Source: Bacteroidota bacterium
Lineage (GTDB): Bacteria; Bacteroidota; Bacteroidia; Bacteroidales; B39-G9
DNA length: 64,000 nucleotides
Direction of reading: 5' to 3'
Assembly: GCA_015222055.1 (NCBI GenBank)
Contig: JADFUR010000008.1
Location: 26,056-90,055, forward strand
Positions 1 through 10,000 of the stretch are shown here, one piece after another. The notes below the pieces were generated by a model that was not told the DNA's origin, ran no database searches, and worked only from the letters and a program-made list of their open reading frames with translations. The stretch's first letter is position 1. Each line of letters starts with the position of its first letter. The position numbers were made by a program, and so were the translations under genes.

Positions 1-2469
1 GGCGAAGATTATAATGCAAGTGCTTCATTTGGTAGTGGTGACCAGATTGGAACATCAGCATCATATGTCGTTTATGAAGGATCTAGCAGCACTGTTAACC
101 TTACTAATTTAGAAGCAAACAGAACCTATTATTTTAAAGTTTGCGAATTTAATAATTCAGATGGCAATACGAAATACAATACATCATCAACAGAGACAGG
201 GAATCCAAATAGCCACTCAACCGCTAATGCTGCTCCAACAACTCAAGCTTCAGGTATTACATTTTCAAATGTTGATGCAACAAAATTAACTATTAATTGG
301 ACATCCGGCAACGGACAAAATAGAATTGTAAAAATGAACACCAGCAACTCATTTACAGACCCAACTGACGGGACAGACCCAAGTGCTGATAATGCATATG
401 GTTTGGGTGAACAAGTTGTTTATAACAGTACCGGAAGCACTGTAAATATTACAAATTTAGATGCTAGCACCACCTACTGGTTCAGAGCATATGAATATAA
501 TAACAGCGGAACAAGTACAATGTATAACGTAAGTACAGCTACTGATAACCCTGACAGTATTCTGACACTAAAAAATGCACCTACAACTCAAGCAACAAAT
601 ATTACATTTGCTAACCTAGCATCATCATCAGTTACTATTAACTGGGAAAACGGGAATGGTGAGAATCGCATTTTAGTTGCAAAAAACGGAACCGATATTT
701 CAACTCCAACAAATAACACTTCATATTCAGCAAATACTATTTTTGGTAGTGGAGATGTTACGGGAGCAGGATGTTATGTGGTTTATAATGGATCGGGAAA
801 CACGGTTGATGTTACAGGCTTAACACAAAATGAAACTTATGAATTCGGAGTATTTGAATTTAACAATTCGGGAACATCTTATGCTAAATACCACAACGTA
901 ACTGCTACGGGAAACCCACAAACCTTAGCCACTTCGGGATATACACAATGGACAGGGACAACATCTACAAGTTGGGAGGCAACAGAAAACTGGTCATCTT
1001 CATCAGTTCCAACATCGGGTACTGATGTTGTAATTAAATTGGCTACAAACAAACCGGTAATTAGTTCTAATTCTCTTTGCAATAATATTACAATTGAGCC
1101 TGGAGCATTCTTAACAATTAATTCGGGATATACTCTCAGTGTTTCTGGAGACCTAACAATAGAAGCCTCTTCTTCATATTTGGGGTCTTTAATAGAATTT
1201 GGTGACGGTTCTGTATCTGTTACAGGATCATCAAAAATTCAAAATTATATTTCAGGCACCACAGATTGGCATTACTTATCTTCACCAATAACAAGCACCA
1301 CTGTTGATTTTCTTACAGATTATTATGTAAATAGTTACAATGAATCAGTCCCAAGTTGGACACACTTAATCGCTGGCGATGCTTTAAATGTTATGCAAGG
1401 CTATTCTGTAAAAAATTCATCTGGAAATGCAACTGTTACATTTAACGGAACACTAAACACAGGCAGTAAAAGCATCTCAACAAATAACTCAACACCAACT
1501 GACGATAGCTATGGATGGAACTTAGTAGGAAATCCATATCCTTCAACGATTGACTGGAAAGCCATCGGTTGGACTAAATCGAATGTTGATAATACGGTTT
1601 ATGTTTATCTTGGAAATTCACAATATTCAGCATATAACGGCACGACATCTGCCATGATAAATGGTGGTAGCAGATACCTTTCATCAATGCAAGGATTTTT
1701 TGTTCGGGCTTCTGGAAATGGAACGCTTGGCGTAACAAACAGCGTGCGAGTTGATAAAACAAGGGCGTATTTTAAAAAAGCTGATGAATTGCCAAATAAT
1801 TTATTAAAATTACGTGTTGAAAAAGGGGAGTTTAATGATGAAGCTGTTGTATTATTCTACCAAAATGCCACACAAATATTTGATGGTGAATTTGATGCTT
1901 ACAAAATGTTCAGCTATAATGAAGACATTCCTGAGCTCTACACTTCGACGCAATTAGGAGAGCAACTTGCAATTAACACGTTGCCTAACATATCAAATAA
2001 TGAAACAATCCCATTAGGTTTCAAAACAGAGCAAAGTGGAGATTATACTATTACTGCCGTTGAAAACACATTTGATGCTAACACCTCTGTTTTATTAGAA
2101 GACTTAGAAAAAAAGGAAGTTATTGATTTGAAAATATCTGACTACTCTTTCTATTCCAACTCTGTTTATAACTCCGACAGATTTTTATTACATATTGTTA
2201 TGGAACCATCATTTATAATGAAAAATATTGAAAAAGATAATTCGGTAAGTATTTATTCTTTTAGGAATAGCATTTACATAAAAAATAATTCTCAAAATAT
2301 CTCTAAAGGGGAAGTCGTGGTTTACAATATTTTGGGGAAAGAAATAATTAGAAAGCAATTAAATAACACGACATTAAACAAAATTATGATTAATAAAATT
2401 TCTGGAAATTATATTGTACGAGTATTAACAAATAATAAAATTTTTTCTGAAAAAGTTTTTTTAAAATAA
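1..2469 (+). CDS. Secreted surface protein, 5'-partial: at least 3 fibronectin-III-like repeats plus a T9SS type-A C-terminal sorting domain
   Basis: Frame 1 is open from nt 1 into ORF 334..2469 (..APTTQASGITFSNVDATKLTINWTSGNGQNRIVK-MNTS..), so the start lies outside the window. Modules of ~116 aa repeat (APTTQA[ST]xITF..INW..GNG.NRI..Y.F...E[YF]NNSG). The C-terminus ..VVVYNILGKEIIRKQL..GNYIVRVLTNNKIFSEKVFLK is a typical Por/T9SS CTD. Confidence 0.85.
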   Translation, partial: GEDYNASASFGSGDQIGTSASYVVYEGSSSTVNLTNLEANRTYYFKVCEFNNSDGNTKYNTSSTETGNPNSHSTANAAPTTQASGITFSNVDATKLTINWTSGNGQNRIVKMNTSNSFTDPTDGTDPSADNAYGLGEQVVYNSTGSTVNITNLDASTTYWFRAYEYNNSGTSTMYNVSTATDNPDSILTLKNAPTTQATNITFANLASSSVTINWENGNGENRILVAKNGTDISTPTNNTSYSANTIFGSGDVTGAGCYVVYNGSGNTVDVTGLTQNETYEFGVFEFNNSGTSYAKYHNVTATGNPQTLATSGYTQWTGTTSTSWEATENWSSSSVPTSGTDVVIKLATNKPVISSNSLCNNITIEPGAFLTINSGYTLSVSGDLTIEASSSYLGSLIEFGDGSVSVTGSSKIQNYISGTTDWHYLSSPITSTTVDFLTDYYVNSYNESVPSWTHLIAGDALNVMQGYSVKNSSGNATVTFNGTLNTGSKSISTNNSTPTDDSYGWNLVGNPYPSTIDWKAIGWTKSNVDNTVYVYLGNSQYSAYNGTTSAMINGGSRYLSSMQGFFVRASGNGTLGVTNSVRVDKTRAYFKKADELPNNLLKLRVEKGEFNDEAVVLFYQNATQIFDGEFDAYKMFSYNEDIPELYTSTQLGEQLAINTLPNISNNETIPLGFKTEQSGDYTITAVENTFDANTSVLLEDLEKKEVIDLKISDYSFYSNSVYNSDRFLLHIVMEPSFIMKNIEKDNSVSIYSFRNSIYIKNNSQNISKGEVVVYNILGKEIIRKQLNNTTLNKIMINKISGNYIVRVLTNNKIFSEKVFLK

Positions 2470-2503
2470 AAAATGTTTATTTCGAGTTAATTAAAAATTC
2501 GAT

Positions 2504-2534
2504 TTTGAATCAAACTTCTTTTATTGTAATTTTG
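2504..2534 (+). promoter_or_regulatory. Candidate Bacteroidota-type promoter for the small-protein/exosortase pair
   Basis: TTTG at 2504-2507, a 19-nt spacer, then TAATTTTG at 2527-2534 (fits the TAnnTTTG -7 consensus), 19 nt upstream of the ATG at 2554. This is a motif match only, in AT-rich DNA. Confidence 0.35.
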
Positions 2535-2553
2535 TTGCCAATTTTATTTTCTT

Positions 2554-2856
2554 ATGAAGAAAAATTTTTTATACATAATATCTTTTTTATTTATATTAAC
2601 CGCATTTCCATCAAATTCTATGGCAAATGGCGATGATATATTTAAAAACAAAAAAAATGTTTCTCGAAAAAAAGGGAACTTTCATAAAGATGAAAAATTT
2701 GGCACAAGAGAAAGCAAAGCATTACCATTAATGCCTCCTGATCCTAGTGGTGGCGATGGTGGATACCCTGTTCCAATTGCAAACGGATTAAACATTTTAT
2801 TGATTTTAAGCGGAATTTATGTAACACGTAAAATAAAAAAAGAAATAAAAAAATAG
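2554..2856 (+). CDS. Small secreted protein with a tripartite C-terminal tail (Gly/Pro motif, TM helix, Lys/Arg cluster); candidate exosortase substrate
   Basis: Signal peptide MKKNFLYIISFLFILTAFPSNSMA, a Lys-rich middle, and the C-terminus PPDPSGGDGGYPVPIANG-LNILLILSGIYV-TRKIKKEIKK. A promoter-like boxes motif lies upstream. The gene is 30 nt upstream of the exosortase-like gene on the same strand. Confidence 0.6.
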   Translation: MKKNFLYIISFLFILTAFPSNSMANGDDIFKNKKNVSRKKGNFHKDEKFGTRESKALPLMPPDPSGGDGGYPVPIANGLNILLILSGIYVTRKIKKEIKK

Positions 2857-2886
2857 ACGCCCATTCTATTATTCACTAATTAAATT

Positions 2887-3495
2887 ATGCTATTTTTTCA
2901 GAAATATAAAATTCAATTTGAAAAATATAAAATTTTATATAAAAAAAATCGCAAATTATTCAATAATATCTTTCGATTTATATTTGCTTTAATTTTTGGA
3001 TTAATTTTATCTGTATTAATTACCGAAATAGACCCATTTAAAAGTTATCTTAAAACAACTTCAATACCTGACATATTAACAAAAAGTTTAGTTTACACTA
3101 GCAATTTTTTATTAAACTTATTTGGATTTGATACTTACGCCCATAATAATTTCTTACAAATTAGAGGAACTAACGGCATTAGATTTGTTTATAGCTGCAT
3201 AGGAATTAGACACATGACATTTTTTGCAGGATTTATCATATCATATTATGGTAAATTATTAAATAAAATCTGGTACATTATAGTGGGTTTTATAATTCTA
3301 ATCTTTATAAATTCATTTAGAGCAAGCATTATTTGCATAACTCAGTTATACTATCCCGAATATTTTCAATTTGTTCATTATTACTTTACACGAATTATTA
3401 TGTATGTCTGCATATTTGTATTATGGATGATTTGGATACGATTTTTTGCAACAAAAAAAAGACTGCCTGAAACAGACAGTCTTAAAACAGAATAA
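2887..3495 (+). CDS. Exosortase/archaeosortase-family membrane protein, short XrtF-like form
   Basis: A 202-aa polytopic protein. It has Cys in VYSCIGIRH (C-x-G-[IL]-R), Arg in INSFRAS (N-x-x-R), and His in YYPEYFQFVHYYF followed by FVLWMIWIRFF. The order and spacing match what I recall for exosortase catalytic residues. The size fits the short Bacteroidota XrtF class. Confidence 0.6.
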   Translation: MLFFQKYKIQFEKYKILYKKNRKLFNNIFRFIFALIFGLILSVLITEIDPFKSYLKTTSIPDILTKSLVYTSNFLLNLFGFDTYAHNNFLQIRGTNGIRFVYSCIGIRHMTFFAGFIISYYGKLLNKIWYIIVGFIILIFINSFRASIICITQLYYPEYFQFVHYYFTRIIMYVCIFVLWMIWIRFFATKKRLPETDSLKTE

Positions 3496-3654
3496 ATTAG
3501 TATTTGTAAAAAACGCTAATAACTGCGTTATACTCTTCTTAAAACTCAGTCATTTACTTTAGTAAACCTCTAATTTTCAAGACTTCGAAAGCCTTGTTCT
3601 TAACATTTTTTTATCAAACACTTATCTTTTTAGATATTTTATTACAGATATTAA

Positions 3655-5808
3655 TTATTTCAAATAAGGTTTAACGACTTCAATAACTTCGGGTAAGTCC
3701 ATACCAATATTTTTTAGGTGTTCAACAGTAGGAATACCTTCTTTAGTCCAACCTCTACGAAAATAAACAGCATCTAATAATTTTTCGTACTGCTCTTCTC
3801 TAAATTTACGAGTAATTGCAATTTTTTCTTCAGTAGTTTTTCCAACAGGGTCAATACCAATTTTCTCTTTCATTTGAGTATCGTATCTATCTGCACGAGA
3901 TTCATATTCGGTAACTGTAACAGGGCCGCAAGCACGGTATGGCTGAGCATCATTTTCTCTTACTAATTTACCCCTACGCAAATTAAAAATTCTTTGGAAA
4001 TTATAAACTCTTTCAGATTGAAGAATCATTTCATCAGTATCTATAGGTTTTCCGGTAACAGCAGTAAAAATTTTCAAATAATTATCAACGTGCTCAGGTA
4101 CTTTAGCTGGCTCATCTGTTTCTGCATTATTTGTAGGTTCAACATCATTCCATGGCAATTTACATAATCCCATTAAACCAAACCAGGTTCTAAACATTGG
4201 GAAATAATGTAAAGCTTCAGCTTTATCTTTAAAAGTAGGAATTTGGTTATTTACCATATCCATAAAAATCAACCAAGCTTCATCGTGTTGAGGTCCTTTA
4301 TTTGTCATAGCAAACCCACCTTGTTGAGCCAAAGATTCTTTTGAAACATATTCAGAATATTCAAGCCCTTTACTTTCCATACCAATATCTTGTAAAAAGC
4401 TTGGATCTGCACCGTATTTTTCAGCAAATGTTTTTTTCATTCGACGAATACCTTGTCCAGCAATTTTACCAAAACCTTCGCCTCGAGCAAGTTGATGGAT
4501 TAATTCTAATGCAGCCTCAGCATTTCCGAAATTTAATTCTAAGCCACCTGTTATTTCTTTATTTAAGATGCCAGCTTCATAACATTCCATAATAAAAGCA
4601 AGCAAAGTACCCCAAGAGATAGTACAAATTCCATAAGTATCACAATAAAAATTTGCTTCAATAATATAATCAGGGTCAAAAATACCACAATTTGAACCTA
4701 AACCAGCAGCATTCTCATATTCTGGTCCATCAACAATAACTTGTTGCCCTTTATAAGGACCGGTTTTTAATTCAAAACCATCAACACCTTTTGAACAAGC
4801 CATTGTACATCCAAGCCAGCAACCATCAGGTATACCTTGTGTGAATTTACTTTCCCACACATGAGAATCTATTTTAGGTGTGTCTTTATGGCTTCCATAC
4901 TGATAATTACAAGTTGGTAAAAGGTCATAGTCATCCATTATTTCAACTAAGTGAGCTGTTCCTATTTTTCTCATTTTGCACTGCTCATCGTCAAGCTCAA
5001 TCATTTCTTTAGTAAACCTGCGTCCTCTTTCTTTTATAGTATCAAGGTCAACAACATTATTTGCATTCCCTTTTATTCCGGGTACTTTTGCAACAATAGC
5101 CTTAATATGCTTGTCTCTTAAAACAGTACCTGTTCCTCCTCTACCAGCTTGTTTAAATCTAACGCCTTTTCTTCGTTTGTCGTAAAAGCTGAAATTTAAC
5201 ATCCCAATAAAAGAATTTTCTGCAGCAGCTCCTGTAGAAACAATACCAATATTCATTTTTTCTTTTTCATTATCGGCAAACATATCTGTTAATTGCTCAG
5301 CTAAAATGTGACTATCAACAACGTCGTCAGGAGCTTCATAAATTTCAACACTTCCATTTACTCCATCAATATAAATAATAAGTTCCTTATCTGATTTCCC
5401 CTGAATTTCAAGAGCATCATAGCCTGAAAATTTTAAAAATGGTCCGAAAAAACCACCTACATTGCTATCCATAACAAAATCGGTAGGCGATATTGTAACA
5501 ACAATCGATTTTCCTGCTCCAGCATATTGAGTTATTCCCCCAATAGGACCTGAAGAAATAATTATTTCGTTTTCAGGATCATTCCATTTTGTATTAGGAG
5601 TTGTCGCATCCCACAATAATTTCATCCCGAAACCTTTTCCTCCAATAAATTTATCTTTCATCAACTCAGTAACAGGTTTTTCTTTTACTAAATTATCAGA
5701 AACATTGATGTAAAGGATTTTACTAGTATAACCCTTATCAAGAGGTGTTATATTATAAGAATATTCCTTTAACAATTTATGTGTTTTTTTCATGTCTACA
5801 GCACTCAT
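3655..5808 (-). CDS. aor: Aldehyde:ferredoxin oxidoreductase family protein (tungsto/molybdopterin, 4Fe-4S)
   Basis: 717 aa. The N-terminal AFOR_N-like region contains ..KDKFIGGKGFGMKLLWD.. A Cys cluster GCWLGCTMACSKG is present, and the C-terminal domain contains ..FGLMGLCKLPW.. A GGAGG box ends 7 nt upstream of the ATG. Confidence 0.85.
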   Translation of the reverse strand: MSAVDMKKTHKLLKEYSYNITPLDKGYTSKILYINVSDNLVKEKPVTELMKDKFIGGKGFGMKLLWDATTPNTKWNDPENEIIISSGPIGGITQYAGAGKSIVVTISPTDFVMDSNVGGFFGPFLKFSGYDALEIQGKSDKELIIYIDGVNGSVEIYEAPDDVVDSHILAEQLTDMFADNEKEKMNIGIVSTGAAAENSFIGMLNFSFYDKRRKGVRFKQAGRGGTGTVLRDKHIKAIVAKVPGIKGNANNVVDLDTIKERGRRFTKEMIELDDEQCKMRKIGTAHLVEIMDDYDLLPTCNYQYGSHKDTPKIDSHVWESKFTQGIPDGCWLGCTMACSKGVDGFELKTGPYKGQQVIVDGPEYENAAGLGSNCGIFDPDYIIEANFYCDTYGICTISWGTLLAFIMECYEAGILNKEITGGLELNFGNAEAALELIHQLARGEGFGKIAGQGIRRMKKTFAEKYGADPSFLQDIGMESKGLEYSEYVSKESLAQQGGFAMTNKGPQHDEAWLIFMDMVNNQIPTFKDKAEALHYFPMFRTWFGLMGLCKLPWNDVEPTNNAETDEPAKVPEHVDNYLKIFTAVTGKPIDTDEMILQSERVYNFQRIFNLRRGKLVRENDAQPYRACGPVTVTEYESRADRYDTQMKEKIGIDPVGKTTEEKIAITRKFREEQYEKLLDAVYFRRGWTKEGIPTVEHLKNIGMDLPEVIEVVKPYLK

Positions 5809-6144
5809 GATTTTGCCTCCTATAATTAATTTATTATTTATTTTATATTTAATCTGTACAAAAATAAAAAAATTACGAAGTTTAAACTACTTTATCACAA
5901 AAATGTCATTATGCAAAGTCATTCATAACGAAAAACTTAATACACACATTCATTAATATAAAGAGGCTTGAGGCTTTTGCAATTAAAAAGCTCAGATTAT
6001 TAAAATATATTTTGACTTCATCCTTTAACATGTAAAATCAAAGCTTAGTTTTTGCTTAATATACTTTTAGCAAAAAAAATTACATTTTTTTCATAAATTC
6101 AAATATTAAAATAATTATTTTTACCTTTACAAAAAAAAAGAAAT

Positions 6145-6582
6145 ATGAATTATAAAAAGCTATATTTTCTTATTTTAGTAATTGGAATTGTTGCACTTTC
6201 AATAATATCTTGGTATACATTAACAATCAATATTAATCAAACAACACCTACTATTGTTAATATTTTTTTACATTACAATAAATTGTTTATTTATTGCAAC
6301 TTGCTTCTTTTTATAATTTTATTAATCATATCAAATCTCATTTATTTAAAAACTTTATCTAAATATTTTTTCACCTTAAGTGTTATTTTTTTTATTGCAT
6401 TCACAATCACAAACAATTTTTATTTCTCAAACTATATTCTACATCATTTTTCCGGATACGGACTTAATGAAGAAAACTTCAATCTTTTAAAACTAATTGG
6501 TGCTTTCTCATGTTTGGCAACAATAATAATTACAGCAATTAATTATACAACAATAAGAAACCTGAAAAGAAGAAAAAAATAA
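6145..6582 (+). CDS. Hypothetical integral membrane protein (about 4 TM helices, basic C-terminus)
   Basis: A 145-aa ORF that is strongly hydrophobic and ends in NLKRRKK. I recognised no family. Confidence 0.55.
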   Translation: MNYKKLYFLILVIGIVALSIISWYTLTININQTTPTIVNIFLHYNKLFIYCNLLLFIILLIISNLIYLKTLSKYFFTLSVIFFIAFTITNNFYFSNYILHHFSGYGLNEENFNLLKLIGAFSCLATIIITAINYTTIRNLKRRKK

Positions 6583-6664
6583 TTGATATAAAATTTCTTA
6601 ATAACGTTTTTTATTAATACTTTAGAAAATGAAAATGAAAAAATAAAGTTAAATAATATATAAT

Positions 6665-7057
6665 ATGAATATTGAGCCATTAGTTATTGAAGCAACTTCA
6701 AAAACGCCAAAAGTAGTTTTTGACCCTGATAATAATTTTTATGAATTTTCTGGTCGTTCACTACCTGAAAATGTTGTAAGAACATACGAACCTATTCTAA
6801 AATGGATTGATGCAAACATTAATGAGGTTCCAACTCCAATTGAGATTAATTTCAGGATGGACTATCTCAATTCTGCTTCTGCAAAAATGGTTTCTCTTAT
6901 ATTATCTAAATTTGAAGAATTTTATAAACAAAACAACAAAATTCTTATTAATTGGTATTATTTTTTTGATGATGACGACATTCAATCTGAAGGAGAAATT
7001 TATGCAATGTTAAAGAAAGTACCTATTAAACTTATTGGAATTAAAGACGAAGATTAA
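6665..7057 (+). CDS. SiaC-like DUF1987 family protein (partner-switch phosphoprotein family)
   Basis: The pattern ..TPKVVFDPDNNFYEFSGRSLPENVVRTYEPILKWI..INFRMDYLNSASAKMV..INWYY.. matches the G.S.PEN...Y.P...W / YLN[ST].S.K / W.Y layout I recall for SiaC/DUF1987. Confidence 0.7.
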   Translation: MNIEPLVIEATSKTPKVVFDPDNNFYEFSGRSLPENVVRTYEPILKWIDANINEVPTPIEINFRMDYLNSASAKMVSLILSKFEEFYKQNNKILINWYYFFDDDDIQSEGEIYAMLKKVPIKLIGIKDED

Positions 7058-10000
7058 CTCTCAAAAATTGCAAAGCTCTAAAATTTTTAAATTATTTTCA
7101 CAGCATCCTTTTATAGGGTCAATTACTAAGCAGTTAGAAGACCAAACATCATCTAACATTCACTTAATAGGACTAAAAGGCTCTTTACAATCAATTATTT
7201 GTGCCCAAACCTTTCTCAATTACAAAAACACCTACCTAGTTATTCTGTCAGATAAAGAAGAAGCTGCTTATTTTTATAACGACCTCACACAACTTATTAA
7301 TGATAAAAATGTTCTTTTTTTCCCATCTTCTTATAAACGCTCAATACAATATAAACAACTTGAGACCTCAAACATTGTAATTAAAACTGAAGTTTTAAAC
7401 AAAATTTCTTCTAGCAAAAATGTTATTATTGTAACTTATCCCGAAGCAATTGTCGAAAAAGTTATTACCAAAAGCAATCTTAAAAAAAACACCTTACAGT
7501 TAAATGTTGGCGAAAAAGTTTCAATTGATTTTATTAATGATGTATTAAACGAATATAACTTTGAAAGAACAGACTTTGTTTACAAACCAGGACAATTCTC
7601 AATAAGAGGAAGCATTATTGATGTTTTTTCCTTTTCAGACGAAAACCCTTTTCGAATTGATTTTTTTGGCGATGAAGTTGAAACTATAAGGAGTTTTGAT
7701 GTTGAAAACCAATTATCTAAGGAGAGTTTAAAAAAAATTCGAATTATTCCAAATATCCAGACAGAAGATGTTTCAGATAAATGGGAATCGCTTTTTGACT
7801 TTATTTCAAAAAAGTCTGTAATTTTCACTAATAATGTTCAATTTATTGCAGACCGTTTAGATTCTATCTATAACAAAACGCTTGCTGACATTGACAATTC
7901 TCCAAAAATAAAACAGCAAATTATTGATGGACAATCATTAATAAAAAAATTACAATCTTTTTCAATTATTGAATTTAACAAAAAAAATTATTTTGAACCT
8001 AATCTAAAAATTGATTTCAACTCATCTATTCAGCCTAATTTTAACAAAAATTTAGAATTATTAAGCGACAATATTTACGAAAACATATTAAAAGGATATA
8101 AAATATTTATTATATCAGAAAATGAAAAACAAATTCTTAGGTTAAACTCAATATTCAAAGAAATTAATTCAGACATTATCTTCACTCCTTTAAATATTAA
8201 TTTACACGAAGGATTTATCGACAATGACTTAAAAGCTTGTTATTATACAGACCACCAAATATTTAACAGATATCACAAATTTACTTTAAGAAGCAATTTT
8301 ATAAAAAAACAATCGGTCTCAATTAACACGATAACGGATTTACAACCAGGCGATTACGTTGTTCATATAGACCATGGGATTGGTAGGTTTGGTGGTTTAG
8401 AAAAAATTGAAACAAACGGAAAAACTCAAGAAACAATAAAACTTATTTATAAAGACAATGACATATTATATGTAAGTATTCATTCATTACACCGCATTTC
8501 AAAATACAAAGGAAAAGAAAGCAGTCCCCCCAAAATATACAAACTAGGTTCAGGAGCTTGGCAAAAAATAAAATTAAGCACCAAGAAAAAAGTAAAAGAT
8601 ATTGCGAAAGACTTAATTTCATTATATGCAAAACGCAAACAACAAGTAGGTTTTCAATTTTCGCCAGATTCATATATGAATAGAGAGCTTGAAGCATCTT
8701 TTATCTACGAAGACACTCCAGATCAAAATAAAGCCACACAAAAGGTTAGAGAAGACATGGAATCTAACATTCCAATGGACAGATTGATTTGCGGAGATGT
8801 TGGTTTTGGAAAAACTGAAATTGCTATACGTGCTGCTTTTAAGGCTGTTTCCGACAATAAACAGGTTGCAATTTTAGTTCCAACAACAATTTTAGCTCTT
8901 CAACATTTCTCAACTTTCTCAGAGAGATTAAAAAAATTCCCTTGCACAATTGATTACTTAAATCGCTTAAAAACAGCTAAGGTTCAAAAGGACACTATCA
9001 AAAAACTTGAAGAAGGGAAAGTTGATATAATAATTGGCACACACAGACTGCTTAGTAAAGATATTAAATTCAAAGACCTAGGATTATTTATTATCGACGA
9101 GGAACAGAAATTTGGGGTTTCGGCTAAAGAAAGATTAAAACAATTCAAAATTAATGTTGACACATTAACTTTAACGGCAACTCCAATACCACGAACATTA
9201 CAATTCTCACTTATGGGTGCTAGAGATTTGTCAATAATTAACACTCCTCCTCCCAATCGTCACCCAATATTAACAGAATTGTACACTTTTAGCGAAGACC
9301 TCATTAAAGAAGCAATAACTTATGAAGTTGACAGAAACGGACAAGTCTTTTTTATAAATAATAACATAAAAAATATTGAAGAAATAAAAATTCTCATTAA
9401 CAGAATATGCCCAAATGTAAGAACCATGGTAGCTCATGGACAAATGAAAGGAACAGAACTTGAATCTAAAATGTTTGACTTTATATATGGGAAATATGAT
9501 GTGTTAATTGCCACAACAATTATTGAATCTGGCATCGACATCCCAAATGCGAATACAATAATTATTAACAACGCACAAAACTATGGTTTAAGCGACCTCC
9601 ATCAACTACGTGGAAGAGTGGGACGCTCAAACAAAAAAGCTTTCTGCTATTTACTCGCACCACCTCTTTCTGTATTGTCAAACGATGCTCGAAGACGATT
9701 ATCTGCAATTGAAAATTATTCTGAATTAGGTAGCGGTCTTAATATTGCACTACAAGATCTTGACATTAGAGGAGCAGGCAATATGCTTGGTGGAGAACAA
9801 AGCGGATTTATTGCCGATATAGGCTTTGAAACATATAATAAAATTCTTAACGAAGCTATACAGGAACTTAAAGAAACGGAATTTAAAAATCAATTTACAA
9901 ATGAAAACAGCCATGAGCAAATTATAAAAACACAATCTGAATTCAAAAAATCCGAATTAGACAATTTTGTCTTTGTAAAAGATTGTCATATAGATACTGA

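Noticed and set aside
229-930. The FN3-like modules as a DNA tandem repeat or VNTR.
   Set aside because: The repeats are conserved at the protein-motif level but clearly diverged at the nucleotide level. They are domain repeats, not a recent satellite.
6807-7013. A 68-aa ORF in an alternative frame within the DUF1987 gene.
   Set aside because: It is fully nested in a gene with a clear family signature and has no independent support.
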